From IMG/VR virus record IMGVR_UViG_3300021560_000064, positions 1-24,075 of that record: a stretch of DNA of 24,075 bases; one strand, given 5' to 3'. The position numbers and the translations under genes were made by a program. The DNA is from a virus. Its lineage: Duplodnaviria; Caudoviricetes. The notes under the pieces were generated by a model. The model was not told the DNA's origin. It saw nothing but the letters and a program-made list of their open reading frames with translations, and did not search any database. Numbering within the stretch: position 1 is the first letter of the stretch; every line of letters starts with the position of its first letter. Below, one piece after another: positions 7,594-15,858 of the stretch.

Positions 7594-8467
7594 TCACGCT
7601 GGTGTGCCCAAGCTTGTCGATCACGTAAGGATTAGGCGGCTCGGTTCCATAGCGCCGGCGCCAGGCTTCCTGCCACCAGTGCACCAGAAAAATCTTGACC
7701 GCCCACCGGCGCGCGCGCTGCTCGATGCGACCCTTGGGGAGGTGCCCGCTCTCATAGGTCTGCCGCGTCTCTTTGTCAGAGAATTTCTTGATGGCTAGGG
7801 TTTTCTTGGCAGTCTCGGCGTTGAAGCCGTTGGCGTCGCGTTGCTGCTCCAGCGCTTTACGCTGCTCGTAAAGCTTACCGTAAAGACACCGGGGATTGTT
7901 GTGCAATTTGACAAAGCTGTCGCCGATTTTCCAGCACAACACTTTGCCCGTGGCATTCCACGGCCGCTTCTTTCCTCTCTCCCAGGTGACCGAGGGATCG
8001 AGGCCAAAAAAGCGCCAAATCTTGCTCGGATTGGTCGCAATATTCATGTCGATCAGGGCCAGCAAGCCGGCGCTAATGATCGGACCAATGCCCACCGTCT
8101 CGCGTGCCCACGCACCCATGCCGCTGGTTTCCTGGCGCGTGTACTCATCCAGAATGCGTGCAAGCGCTTTCTCGGTGTCGAGGTTGCGGGCGGCCAGCCA
8201 CGCCGGAAACTCGGTGGGAATGGCGAGACGCTCTTTTTCCGCGCGCTGACTGAGCGCGCGCAGGCGGTTCTCGGTCTCGAGCCGATTATGTTGCTGGTCA
8301 TAGTAAGACTCGACCAGGGCACGCACGGCCGAGAGGCCAGCCTCGCCGGCTGCGACCAGGTTGGCGACCATCGCCTTAGCGTCAGCTTTTAACAACAGCG
8401 CCGGCAGGGATTCGTCGAACAACGTATCGACGTGAATTAAGAGGGGTGGGGTTTTCGATTTAATCAT
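7580..8467 (-). CDS. tasA: TasA-like protein (coiled coil plus IS110/Nop RNA-binding domain, no nuclease domain)
   Basis: Coiled coil 'LVESYYDQQHNRLETENRLRAL' and 'TVGIGPIISAGLLALID...NPSKIWRFFGLDP', then 'YGKLYEQRK' and 'RARRWAVKIFLVHWW'. No recognisable RuvC/DEDD or HNH domain. Adjacent to the 36-nt dual-repeat array. Confidence 0.8.
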   Translation of the reverse strand: MIKSKTPPLLIHVDTLFDESLPALLLKADAKAMVANLVAAGEAGLSAVRALVESYYDQQHNRLETENRLRALSQRAEKERLAIPTEFPAWLAARNLDTEKALARILDEYTRQETSGMGAWARETVGIGPIISAGLLALIDMNIATNPSKIWRFFGLDPSVTWERGKKRPWNATGKVLCWKIGDSFVKLHNNPRCLYGKLYEQRKALEQQRDANGFNAETAKKTLAIKKFSDKETRQTYESGHLPKGRIEQRARRWAVKIFLVHWWQEAWRRRYGTEPPNPYVIDKLGHTSVIASR

Positions 8468-8787
8468 CCTTTTGCTCGCTCATCGAGATCCTGCAAGTGC
8501 TCATTGACGGGGATCAATTCCCAGACCACTGCGAGATGTCGCTCCAGGAGTTCTTCACGGAACCCGCGCGTAGCCTCCGCACCGTCACTGGAGCGATGAC
8601 CCGCCAGCCAGATGGCCAAGAGGTCCGCTAAGACTGCACCCTGGATCATTGGATGGCTGCCCTTAAGTAACAGGCTAACTCGCTGCGTTAGCTCGACGAC
8701 CCGCTCCTCATCGCTCATGGTTTCCACCTCAATGCAGCATGGGTTGTTCCGCGGGCTCGGCATCTTTGCCTCGGTGATCGGGGTCAT
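8464..8787 (-). CDS. Hypothetical protein
   Basis: ATGA coupling to tasA; helical, protein-like ('QGAVLADLLAIWLAGH'). Confidence 0.65.
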   Translation of the reverse strand: MTPITEAKMPSPRNNPCCIEVETMSDEERVVELTQRVSLLLKGSHPMIQGAVLADLLAIWLAGHRSSDGAEATRGFREELLERHLAVVWELIPVNEHLQDLDERAKG

Positions 8788-9343
8788 CGTGGGGAACGAT
8801 GACCGGCGTAATTCCGGCCGCGGCTAGCTTGGCCATCTCGTCTGCATCGCACGCTTCGATGTCTGTCACAATCTTTTCGAGGCGATCGGGTCGAATGGCC
8901 TGGAAGACTCCGCCGAGCCACTCTTCGCCGTCTTTTTGTATGCGCGGGTGCGCGAGCCAGACCCAAGTCTTGCCCGCCTCGAAGCCCCGCGGGACGCCGC
9001 GTAAGCGGCGCGAGACACCCATCTGTAGCGCCTCCCAGGTGAAATCACCCGGGGTTGGATAGAACTCGGCCCCAATCCACAGCAGGCCCACCCGGTCACC
9101 CAGGCGCTCGGGATGCGCGAGCGCACAGAACTCGCTCAGCTCCGAGGTGCAGTTGCCGGGCTTAACCCAGGGCCGAGGGTCGATCCACTGGAAACCCCGA
9201 GTCTGTTTAACTCCACTGCCGCACGTGGGGCAAGTCTTAAAGATGATCGGCAGTTTGCAGCAATCCATCCCCGGCCCATCGGCACAGAGATACAGACCCC
9301 CGACCTTGCGAAAGCCACACCCTCGCGCTTGTTCAACGGCCAT
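8729..9343 (-). CDS. Cys-rich hypothetical phage protein
   Basis: 'RGCGFRKVGGLYL', CxxC and 'LLWIGAEFYPTPGDF..EA..MGVSRRL'; GGGAG RBS. Confidence 0.7.
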   Translation of the reverse strand: MAVEQARGCGFRKVGGLYLCADGPGMDCCKLPIIFKTCPTCGSGVKQTRGFQWIDPRPWVKPGNCTSELSEFCALAHPERLGDRVGLLWIGAEFYPTPGDFTWEALQMGVSRRLRGVPRGFEAGKTWVWLAHPRIQKDGEEWLGGVFQAIRPDRLEKIVTDIEACDADEMAKLAAAGITPVIVPHDDPDHRGKDAEPAEQPMLH

Positions 9344-9355
9344 TGGTCGTGCTCC

Positions 9356-9658
9356 CTAATGGTTCAGCCGCGGCGGAACCAACCTGACGGGTTTTTCTTT
9401 CTTTTGGCAGTCTTCGCACAGCATGTCTCGTTCGTGAGCATCGAGGTTTTCGTAGATTTCGGCGACATCACGTTCGGCCAGAGCCGCGAGAGCAATGACA
9501 CTCTGAGTCGGCAGGTCCTCGCCGGTGTGCGGACTTACCCGTTGCCCGAGCATGAGGCCGTTGCCGAGGTCAGCGACAAAGCGATGCAATGTGTAGTCGT
9601 CATCTTGGCCCAGCCAATGAACTATCTTGCCAATTAGGGGGTGCGTCTGGTTAGCCAT
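9356..9658 (-). CDS. Hypothetical protein
   Basis: GAGGTT RBS upstream; co-oriented with the operon. Confidence 0.65.
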   Translation of the reverse strand: MANQTHPLIGKIVHWLGQDDDYTLHRFVADLGNGLMLGQRVSPHTGEDLPTQSVIALAALAERDVAEIYENLDAHERDMLCEDCQKKEKPVRLVPPRLNH

Positions 9659-9714
9659 TAGTTAACCTCAACCTTAAATAGTCACCTCGTTGTTAGTGCC
9701 ACACTATTTCTTAG

Positions 9715-10158
9715 TTAATACTCAAGCACGCAGTCGCACTTGGTGCAGCGCACCTCGGTGATGACGTAGCCTGTGCGGTCCTCGTCGCCGAAAGCTTCGT
9801 GGTCGTGGTAGAGCGAGTGTTTACACTCTGGGCAAGGATGGCGCACCTCTTCCTCGGGGTCGGGCATCTCTTCCTCCGGGTTAGGTTGGGTAAAGTGTTC
9901 GTCAATAGACTCGGTGCCGGAGTAGTTCGACTCCGGGCGGAGTCCGATAAAGTCACTCATGCTCGTACCTCGCTTGACCCTGTCGGTCGGTTTGGGTTTC
10001 GTGTGGCCAAAGTGCCAGGCGAAACAGTTGTGGCAGAAGTACACCGAGAGCGCGGCGAACGTCGCGCTGCGTCCGTGATACTTGCGTAGAAAGCGGCGCG
10101 CGGACACGCGACTCGCGTAGGACTCCTTGCCGGTTTTGTAGCACAACCTCATGACCAT
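9715..10158 (-). CDS. Hypothetical Zn-binding protein (possibly two in-frame units; internal start 9960)
   Basis: N-part 'YFCHNCFAWHFGH'; C-part has two CxxC motifs. GAGGTAC precedes internal ATG 9960. Confidence 0.6.
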   Translation of the reverse strand: MVMRLCYKTGKESYASRVSARRFLRKYHGRSATFAALSVYFCHNCFAWHFGHTKPKPTDRVKRGTSMSDFIGLRPESNYSGTESIDEHFTQPNPEEEMPDPEEEVRHPCPECKHSLYHDHEAFGDEDRTGYVITEVRCTKCDCVLEY

Positions 10159-10161
10159 CTA

Positions 10162-10190
10162 ACTATCGCATACAATCTAGCGATTGTCAA
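10162..10190 (-). promoter_or_regulatory. Promoter TTGACA-N17-GATAGT likely driving the tasA/array operon
   Basis: Perfect -35 and 17-nt spacer; shares TGCGATAGTTA with the promoter at 2502. Confidence 0.7.
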
Positions 10191-10356
10191 TACCAATCTG
10201 TTTGTAGATAGACTTGGCTAAGAAGTCGTTCTCGAACCGGATTAGTTCGGCGCGAAGGTTCTTAACCTCGCGCTTTAGCCGGTCGATGTCGGAGTACAGA
10301 TCGTACAGCGCCCACGTACAGGTCGCCGCTACTATCACCATTCCAAATACGTTCAT
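10177..10356 (-). CDS. 59-aa protein with N-terminal hydrophobic segment (not in ORF track)
   Basis: MNVFGMVIVAATCTWALYDLYSDIDRLKREVKNLRAELIRFEN...; CAACGAGGTGAC RBS at 10360-10371. Confidence 0.6.
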   Translation of the reverse strand: MNVFGMVIVAATCTWALYDLYSDIDRLKREVKNLRAELIRFENDFLAKSIYKQIGIDNR

Positions 10357-10382
10357 CTTGTCACCTCGTTGTTGTGTGGTTG

Positions 10383-10472
10383 TGGAGCTGGGAGGGCTCG
10401 AACCTCCGACCTCTCACGAGCGAAAGGGAGGTAACGACTCGTGAGCGCTCGTCCCGACTGAGCTACAGCCCC
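10383..10472 (-). tRNA. tRNA-Ala-like RNA with aberrant extended anticodon arm (pseudo-tRNA or tRNA-like ncRNA)
   Basis: Acceptor GGGGCTG/CAGCTCC with G3:U70 and A73; D stem GCTC/GAGC; T arm GGAGG-TTCGAGC-CCTCC. The anticodon arm is an 8-bp stem with a 17-nt loop. No CCA directly after the discriminator. Confidence 0.75.
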
Positions 10473-12482
10473 CTATTCACCCTTCGCCAGTTCTAATAAT
10501 CCCTCCGGTAACTGCCGGTGATACCTACTAATCAGCTTCAGTCCGGCCGCGGCTTGCCGCGGCGTCAAGGTCTCCCGCCGGGCCAGGCTCAAGCCGAAAT
10601 CTGCATCCATCTTGTTGAAGCCGCACCCATCCCGGGCCACGGCGCCGTCGCACAGGCCGGCCACAATCTTGAGCCCGGTATGGATTGCCTCGATCTGAAA
10701 TTCACTGATCTCGAGAACAGTAGGTTGCCAGGGCGCCGGCTCGGCCGGCGCGGGTAAAGCGGGAGGCTCCGGCTGTACCATGCGGTCGGCATCCAGAGCC
10801 GCCGCGATTACCGCGCTCTTGTTGACCAACACCTCGGTCATCCGCGCATCCATGCTCCCATCGAGCACGAGGTGTTGGACCAACACGGAGTAGCGCTGCC
10901 CGATGCGAATCAGGCGCGATTCGCTCTGGCTGAGCTTGCCGGGAGTCCAATCGAGTTCGCAGTAAATCACCGTACTCGATGCCGTCAGCGTGTGACCCTC
11001 ACCCATCGCGTGGGTGCCGGCCACCATCACGCGCCACTGTGGTTCGTTTTGAAATTTCCAAACTGCCAAGTCGCGCACTTCCACCGAGTCGCGGCCATCC
11101 GCGCGGAGCACGCCGTACGGTGCCAGCTCACTGGCGATCGCGTCGCCGACATCGTGGTGATGGGTGAAAACGACGATCTTGTTCTCGGACTCGAGCGTGT
11201 CGCGAATGTGCGCGAGGCACTGTGGGATTTTGGCCAGCGCCACGCGGTGCCGCACGAAACTCGTCTCGGTGAACGCCACGCCTTGGGCCTTACGCAGCTT
11301 CGCGGCCGCTTCCTTGTAAGCCTCGCTTGCCTCATCGACGGACAAGCGTTCAACCTCAGCGCGTAACTGGTTCAGCTTGGCCTCGGTGCCGGCCGTGTGC
11401 GCGCGTTCGGCGTCGAGCGCCTCGAACTCTTCCTTGCTGCCCGGCTGAAAAGCCACGATTTGCCGGCGAAACGGCGGTAAGTCGGTGAGCACTTCCTCGC
11501 GCATCCGGCGAATCATCAGACCCGAGCGCAAGCGTTGCTGTAACTCTTCCAGGTTCGAGGCGCCCTCAATGTCCCAGTGCCGAGTGCCGCCGCGCGTGGT
11601 CTGGTGTCCGGCACAGTAACGGATATGAAAGTCCCGCCAGTTGCCACCGATCCCGCCCGGGTCAAGTGCCCGGAGGGTGGTCCAGAGTTCCTTGGGTTTG
11701 TTGAGGATCGGCGTGCCGGTCATAAAGATGCGCTTGCGGCCGCGGATCGGCTCGATCCGTTGGGCGGGATCGTTGTGCCACTTGCCTAAGAGGTTGTGCG
11801 TGCGCAGTGCATCGCTCGATTTTATGTAGTGGGTTTCGTCTACGATGAGCAGGTGCCAATCGAGATCGATGCCGGGTCGGAGCTTGCCGACTTGCTCGTA
11901 GTTGATGACCAACACCCCGCGGGTAAACGTACCCTCGGCGAGAATCACTTGGCCCCGATCAACGTCAACGACTTGCTTAACCGCCGGAAAGTCTTTGCCG
12001 TTGGCCAAGCAGATCGGCAGATCCCGATAGAGCCACAACCACAGTTCCTTACACCAGTTCAGCTTGATTGAAGCGGGACAGACGATCAGAGCCAGCTCGA
12101 TCTCAGGGTCAAGGTTAATGGCACCGATGGCCTGGATCGATTTGCCGAGTCCCATAAAGTCGGCGAGCAGAGTATCGCGATGCTTATGGATGAACTCGAT
12201 CCCAGCCTTCTGATAGGCGAAGTAATCGAACCCCTTGCGCCGGGCTCGTTGACCGATCGGGATTGCCAGATCGGACTCGGTTGCCCGGGACGCTGCCACC
12301 GCCTGTTGGGCGAGTTCGTGAGCCTTGGGATCGAACTTCGCTGCGATGGCCGGGTCGGTGGTGTACCAGTATTTTTGCGTCCGATCGAACCAAAAGCCGG
12401 CGCGTTTAACTTCCTCTTTGGTGTCCCAGTCAAAGGGAAAGCGCGCGATAAATCGCGCACCCTCCCTTGCTATAGTGATCAT
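10473..12482 (-). CDS. SNF2-family (SMARCAL1/HARP-like) helicase
   Basis: 'LLADFMGLGKS', 'IVCPASIKLNW', 'IVDETH', 'MTGTPILN', 'ELDWTPG..SQSESRLIRIGQ'; N-terminal HARP-like segment. Confidence 0.92.
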   Translation of the reverse strand: MITIAREGARFIARFPFDWDTKEEVKRAGFWFDRTQKYWYTTDPAIAAKFDPKAHELAQQAVAASRATESDLAIPIGQRARRKGFDYFAYQKAGIEFIHKHRDTLLADFMGLGKSIQAIGAINLDPEIELALIVCPASIKLNWCKELWLWLYRDLPICLANGKDFPAVKQVVDVDRGQVILAEGTFTRGVLVINYEQVGKLRPGIDLDWHLLIVDETHYIKSSDALRTHNLLGKWHNDPAQRIEPIRGRKRIFMTGTPILNKPKELWTTLRALDPGGIGGNWRDFHIRYCAGHQTTRGGTRHWDIEGASNLEELQQRLRSGLMIRRMREEVLTDLPPFRRQIVAFQPGSKEEFEALDAERAHTAGTEAKLNQLRAEVERLSVDEASEAYKEAAAKLRKAQGVAFTETSFVRHRVALAKIPQCLAHIRDTLESENKIVVFTHHHDVGDAIASELAPYGVLRADGRDSVEVRDLAVWKFQNEPQWRVMVAGTHAMGEGHTLTASSTVIYCELDWTPGKLSQSESRLIRIGQRYSVLVQHLVLDGSMDARMTEVLVNKSAVIAAALDADRMVQPEPPALPAPAEPAPWQPTVLEISEFQIEAIHTGLKIVAGLCDGAVARDGCGFNKMDADFGLSLARRETLTPRQAAAGLKLISRYHRQLPEGLLELAKGE

Positions 12483-12811
12483 CCCTGGAATAGCGCTAGC
12501 AGGGCCGGGAAGCGCTCGTCCCGATCGAACACGGTTTCTTGCTCGAACTTCATGTCGCCGCGCATGATGCTCACCATGTCGTTGCCATAGAGCCGCGCGA
12601 TGTAGGTCCGGCCGTCGCTGCCGTCAACGATGCGGGCCTTATTGCAGTACACGCCTAACTTGGCTTTGCCGGTCGTGGTCCGGACGCAACGCTCACCACG
12701 TTTATCGGCCTCGATGGCAAAGACTGCCGTCCCGCGCTTATTGAAGCTCAGCGGCCAGTCTTCGATCACGGCTTTGAGCCGCGGGTTTGAGTAAGTCAGC
12801 TTATCGTCCAT
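12479..12811 (-). CDS. Hypothetical protein
   Basis: CAACGAGGTGAC RBS at 12817-12828; ATGA coupling to the helicase. Confidence 0.75.
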   Translation of the reverse strand: MDDKLTYSNPRLKAVIEDWPLSFNKRGTAVFAIEADKRGERCVRTTTGKAKLGVYCNKARIVDGSDGRTYIARLYGNDMVSIMRGDMKFEQETVFDRDERFPALLALFQG

Positions 12812-12828
12812 GCTTAGTCACCTCGTTG

Positions 12829-13203
12829 TTAACAGAACAACGCGGGATCGGCCGCGCTGTCATAGCCGGCATTGAGCCAAGCTGCGATGTGCCGCATCGC
12901 GCGCACGGCAGTTGCCTTGCTGGGGTACTGTTGAAAGGAGCCGCACTCTTTGAAATTGCCGTTACGGTTAATCAGGCGCACCGTGTAGAGCCGCGGCGAG
13001 GCTTCGCCGTGCGAACTAACGAACTGCTCGGAGGTTACGAAGAGAGCGCCACCGCTGGTCAGCGGCTCAACTTCTGTACAAACCCGCGAGCGAAAGAAAC
13101 GCATGGTTGCCGGCTCGAAAAAGTGCGAACCACAGTCGGCGGCTAAGTCTTTGACTTGGTCAATCGTCTCGATTGTCCAGTCGGCTACCGTGTCGTCGCT
13201 CAT
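12829..13203 (-). CDS. Hypothetical phage protein
   Basis: 'HFFEPATMRFFRSRV...FVTSEQ...RLYTVR'; motif RBS at 13209-13220. Confidence 0.75.
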   Translation of the reverse strand: MSDDTVADWTIETIDQVKDLAADCGSHFFEPATMRFFRSRVCTEVEPLTSGGALFVTSEQFVSSHGEASPRLYTVRLINRNGNFKECGSFQQYPSKATAVRAMRHIAAWLNAGYDSAADPALFC

Positions 13204-13263
13204 TGTTGGTCACCTCTTTGTTACTGCCGTGCCAGTCGTTTAGATTTCTGGCAGCGTGGCTTA

Positions 13264-13287
13264 GTGGCCGGGTTAGAGCCCGGCCAC
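13264..13287. terminator. GC-rich intergenic hairpin (terminator or processing signal)
   Basis: GTGGCCGGGTT-AG-AGCCCGGCCAC inverted repeat between ORFs; no clear U-tract. Confidence 0.4.
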
Positions 13288-13301
13288 CTATCGCCTAACG
13301 G

Positions 13302-13682
13302 CTAGATGCTGGCTTTTAATACGGCTGCGTAGTGAGCGTGTTGCCGTTCGCTGTCGCGCATAGCCTCACAAGCAAGATCGGCTTCGACGCAGCGTCGATA
13401 GTTATTATCGGGATCGAAGATGCCGGAGAGACTGCCGATTGCCGTATGGTCAGCGTCGTAGAGGATTGCCGAGTAGACCTCGTGTGCCTGCTTACGCTCG
13501 CGTTCATCCATCCAGGACCAATCAGCATCGTTGTCCCATTCCCATTCGACCGACCAAGCCTGAGCCTCCGCGTATAGCTCGGCTTTGGCGACATCTAGCG
13601 CACAGGCTGCCTTACCGGGCGGAGTGCTCCAGCCGGCGTGCTGGAAAAAGAATTGCCAGCGTTTACGTAAGTCGGTTTTCAT
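13302..13682 (-). CDS. Hypothetical protein
   Basis: Motif RBS at 13686-13697. Confidence 0.75.
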   Translation of the reverse strand: MKTDLRKRWQFFFQHAGWSTPPGKAACALDVAKAELYAEAQAWSVEWEWDNDADWSWMDERERKQAHEVYSAILYDADHTAIGSLSGIFDPDNNYRRCVEADLACEAMRDSERQHAHYAAVLKASI

Positions 13683-13948
13683 TCGGTCACCTCGTTGTCG
13701 ATTGCCGTTTGTGCGGCTTGGTAGGCTTGGCTAAAAGCCTCCATTTCATTGAACTGCGCGCCGGATAGGCTCGAAAGCTTGCTCACGTATAGAACGACGA
13801 TCGGATGCCGGTTAACGTGTGCCGTACCGGGGTTATCCTCGCGGATACGCGGCAGGACCTCGGCCAGAGAATGAACGACGCCGGATAGGTTGCAAGCATC
13901 CTGCACGTCGATCGCGCGCTGCCAGTCGGTTTTAGTTAGTGCGGTCAT
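13679..13948 (-). CDS. Hypothetical protein
   Basis: Motif RBS at 13950-13961; 'AIDVQDACNLSGVVHSL...NRHPIVVLYVSKL'. Confidence 0.7.
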   Translation of the reverse strand: MTALTKTDWQRAIDVQDACNLSGVVHSLAEVLPRIREDNPGTAHVNRHPIVVLYVSKLSSLSGAQFNEMEAFSQAYQAAQTAIDNEVTE

Positions 13949-13974
13949 GGTCACCTCGTTGAGAAATGGGAGAG

Positions 13975-14175
13975 TTAGTCACGGATTTTTAGAGAATGGA
14001 CAGGCCGAAAGCCGAATACGTCATCGCCATGTTCGATATTTAGGGCAATGACATTATTGCGGCCGCGGCCATAGATGCCGGCCATTTTTTCGGCTTCTTT
14101 GATGGCCGCGTCAAAGGTTTGATGCTCGCTATCAATATAGCTAGCGCCTTGATAAATCCGCATTACGCGATACAT
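13975..14175 (-). CDS. Hypothetical protein
   Basis: Motif RBS at 14179-14190. Confidence 0.7.
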   Translation of the reverse strand: MYRVMRIYQGASYIDSEHQTFDAAIKEAEKMAGIYGRGRNNVIALNIEHGDDVFGFRPVHSLKIRD

Positions 14176-14238
14176 AGAATCACCTCGTTGAGAGTGTTGG
14201 TGCGGCCGGGATTCTCAGCCCCGGCCGCGGAGTTTCGT

Positions 14239-14388
14239 TTACTTGCTTTCGATCTTTTCGTAGAAGGTCCAAACATCCTCGTCGAGGTACTTGATCCATT
14301 TACCCTTAGGCGTGTTAATCCAGACGGCCGTGACGATCGCGGGCTCTTGATGGCTCGCGAGTACCTCGTTGATTGCTGCGTTGTCCAT
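14239..14388 (-). CDS. 49-aa leaderless ORF (not in ORF track)
   Basis: MDNAAINEVLASHQEPAIVTAVWINTPKGKWIKYLDEDVWTFYEKIESK; ATG seven nt after a -10 box. Confidence 0.6.
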   Translation of the reverse strand: MDNAAINEVLASHQEPAIVTAVWINTPKGKWIKYLDEDVWTFYEKIESK

Positions 14389-14395
14389 AGGAAAG

Positions 14396-14424
14396 AATAT
14401 CGCAAAGAGTTTTGCTCATGTCAA
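14396..14424 (-). promoter_or_regulatory. Promoter TTGACA-N17-GATATT (extended TG)
   Basis: Perfect -35; the 17-nt spacer contains a GCAAA-N4-TTTGC inverted repeat. Confidence 0.7.
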
Positions 14425-14599
14425 GAGGTGGAGGTGGAAGGCTGCGATTATTTTTGGCTTAGGCTAAGGAATGCGCTTAGCGGAGGTGATAGCGGTATAG
14501 CGTGGCCGGCTATCAGGCGCGTTCTAAGCCACGTTTAAACGGCCGGCCGGGTATCGACAGGCCAAACCATTCGCGGGGCTTAGAATGGCTCTAAACGGC

Positions 14600-14629
14600 A
14601 AAGCGGCTAGGTGATTAGCCTAGCCGCTT
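14600..14629 (-). terminator. Putative intrinsic terminator
   Basis: AAGCGGCTAGG-N7-CCTAGCCGCTT stem after the 16.8-14.7 kb gene run. Confidence 0.55.
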
Positions 14630-14761
14630 AGGAACATATATCACCCCGTTGAGTCTATCAGCGTATGAAAGCCTCAAGAATCATCATTACGGTAAAGATA
14701 GCGACCAAGATAAGTTGAAGTTCGATTTTGGCCATTGAGTTTTTGGGCTTATGCGGTGGCT

Positions 14762-15139
14762 TCACTTGGTTACCTCCGGGAAGGTCTGAAGCGCCCACTT
14801 AAGCATTGGTTCGCGTTCGTTCCCGGTCGAGTTATGGCCATCGCCTTTCCAAAAGATTTCGGTTAGATCGGCCGGCAGAGGGGTTAGTTTGCTTTGGGCT
14901 TGCGGAGTTAGCTTGTCGTAGTCATCCGGCAAACCGTCGTTTCCGTAGGCGCCACTTACGGTAATCCGCTGGCCAGCGATACGGGCGAAGCCCATCATGA
15001 AATGGCCGAATTGATGTAAGCTCACGTGACGCACGGCCGCATATAGCTCGTGGCCGCGGCTAAAGACCAAGAGAAAGCGGCCGCGGCTAAACTGTTGGCC
15101 ATCGCGATCGTAGCCGGCCGCTTGCATGTGGATAAACAT
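14762..15139 (-). CDS. Hypothetical protein
   Basis: Motif RBS at 15146-15157; TAATG coupling. Confidence 0.75.
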   Translation of the reverse strand: MFIHMQAAGYDRDGQQFSRGRFLLVFSRGHELYAAVRHVSLHQFGHFMMGFARIAGQRITVSGAYGNDGLPDDYDKLTPQAQSKLTPLPADLTEIFWKGDGHNSTGNEREPMLKWALQTFPEVTK

Positions 15140-15594
15140 TAGATAGTCACCTCGTTGGTGGATTGTGCGGCTTTCACCTCAACGTAACGTTGAGCTTCGT
15201 TGGACCATTCCAGATCCAGATCGAGCACATAGGTAAAGGTTTGGGACAGGTATTCTTTAATGTCGTCACGATCGCGGCCGGTAAAATGGTGGAGATAGCC
15301 GTAAGCTAGATCGGCCGTCACGATTAGATCGTGGCTCGTCCAGCCGACATACATTCCACTATGGTCCATGTGATGAAAATCGACCGGGGCAAAGACTAGG
15401 CGATTAGGCTTCGAGCGCTCGAAGTCCAGCGTCACCTCGTGGCCATTTAAGCCGGATCCGTGCGGCATAAAATCGCTGCAGATGTTTTCGATGTTGGCGC
15501 GATGTTTCGCGAGCCATGCGAGGTTATGGGATTTTTGGCAATTCTGATAAGCGACAAATGATCGCGCGATTACCTGATAGAGTTTATTTTCCAT
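15139..15594 (-). CDS. Hypothetical phage protein
   Basis: 'MPHGSG', 'FHHMDHSGMYVGWTSH'; motif RBS at 15600-15611. Confidence 0.75.
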   Translation of the reverse strand: MENKLYQVIARSFVAYQNCQKSHNLAWLAKHRANIENICSDFMPHGSGLNGHEVTLDFERSKPNRLVFAPVDFHHMDHSGMYVGWTSHDLIVTADLAYGYLHHFTGRDRDDIKEYLSQTFTYVLDLDLEWSNEAQRYVEVKAAQSTNEVTI

Positions 15595-15629
15595 TGAGTG
15601 TCACCTCGTTGAGTGTGAATAACCGTGAT

Positions 15630-15788
15630 TTAGTTATGGCCAACGATACGGATTCCGCGGGTATCGTGCACGTTGATTCGGCGATACCAGTCCAGCATTG
15701 AGCGGATAGATGCGAACAATTGATAGGGTCGGTTAGGCGTCCATACTTGAAAGTATCTGGTTTCCTTTTCAAATAGCGCGTTAAACAT
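15630..15788 (-). CDS. 52-aa hypothetical protein (not in ORF track)
   Basis: MFNALFEKETRYFQVWTPNRPYQLFASIRSMLDWYRR...; motif RBS at 15792-15803. Confidence 0.55.
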   Translation of the reverse strand: MFNALFEKETRYFQVWTPNRPYQLFASIRSMLDWYRRINVHDTRGIRIVGHN

Positions 15789-15858
15789 TTTTTCACCTCG
15801 TTGAGCAGTTCGTTGGTTACGGCCGCGGCTAACGCATCTCCGCTGCGTAGCGCTGCGC

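Noticed and set aside
6412-7798. ORFs with 'ARS', 'GSL', 'RLA' or 'ERA' repeats over the array
   Set aside because: Ten units are 34, 35 or 37 nt, which break every frame. Conservation is at the nucleotide level, so these are translation artefacts.
7580-8467. IS110 insertion sequence transposase
   Set aside because: There is no N-terminal DEDD/RuvC domain and no SG catalytic-serine motif after GLxP. The gene is translationally coupled within a phage operon and followed by a 36-nt array.
10383-10472. Canonical tRNA-Ala, intron-containing tRNA, tmRNA or attachment site
   Set aside because: There is no 7-nt anticodon loop or U33, and no obvious splice that would restore one. A full D stem and the lack of an mRNA-like domain argue against tmRNA. 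Both ends are present and no integrase is adjacent.
15584-15796. 70-aa ORF starting at GTG within the RBS motif
   Set aside because: The GTG is part of GAGGTGA. ATG 15788 in another frame is correctly spaced from the motif.
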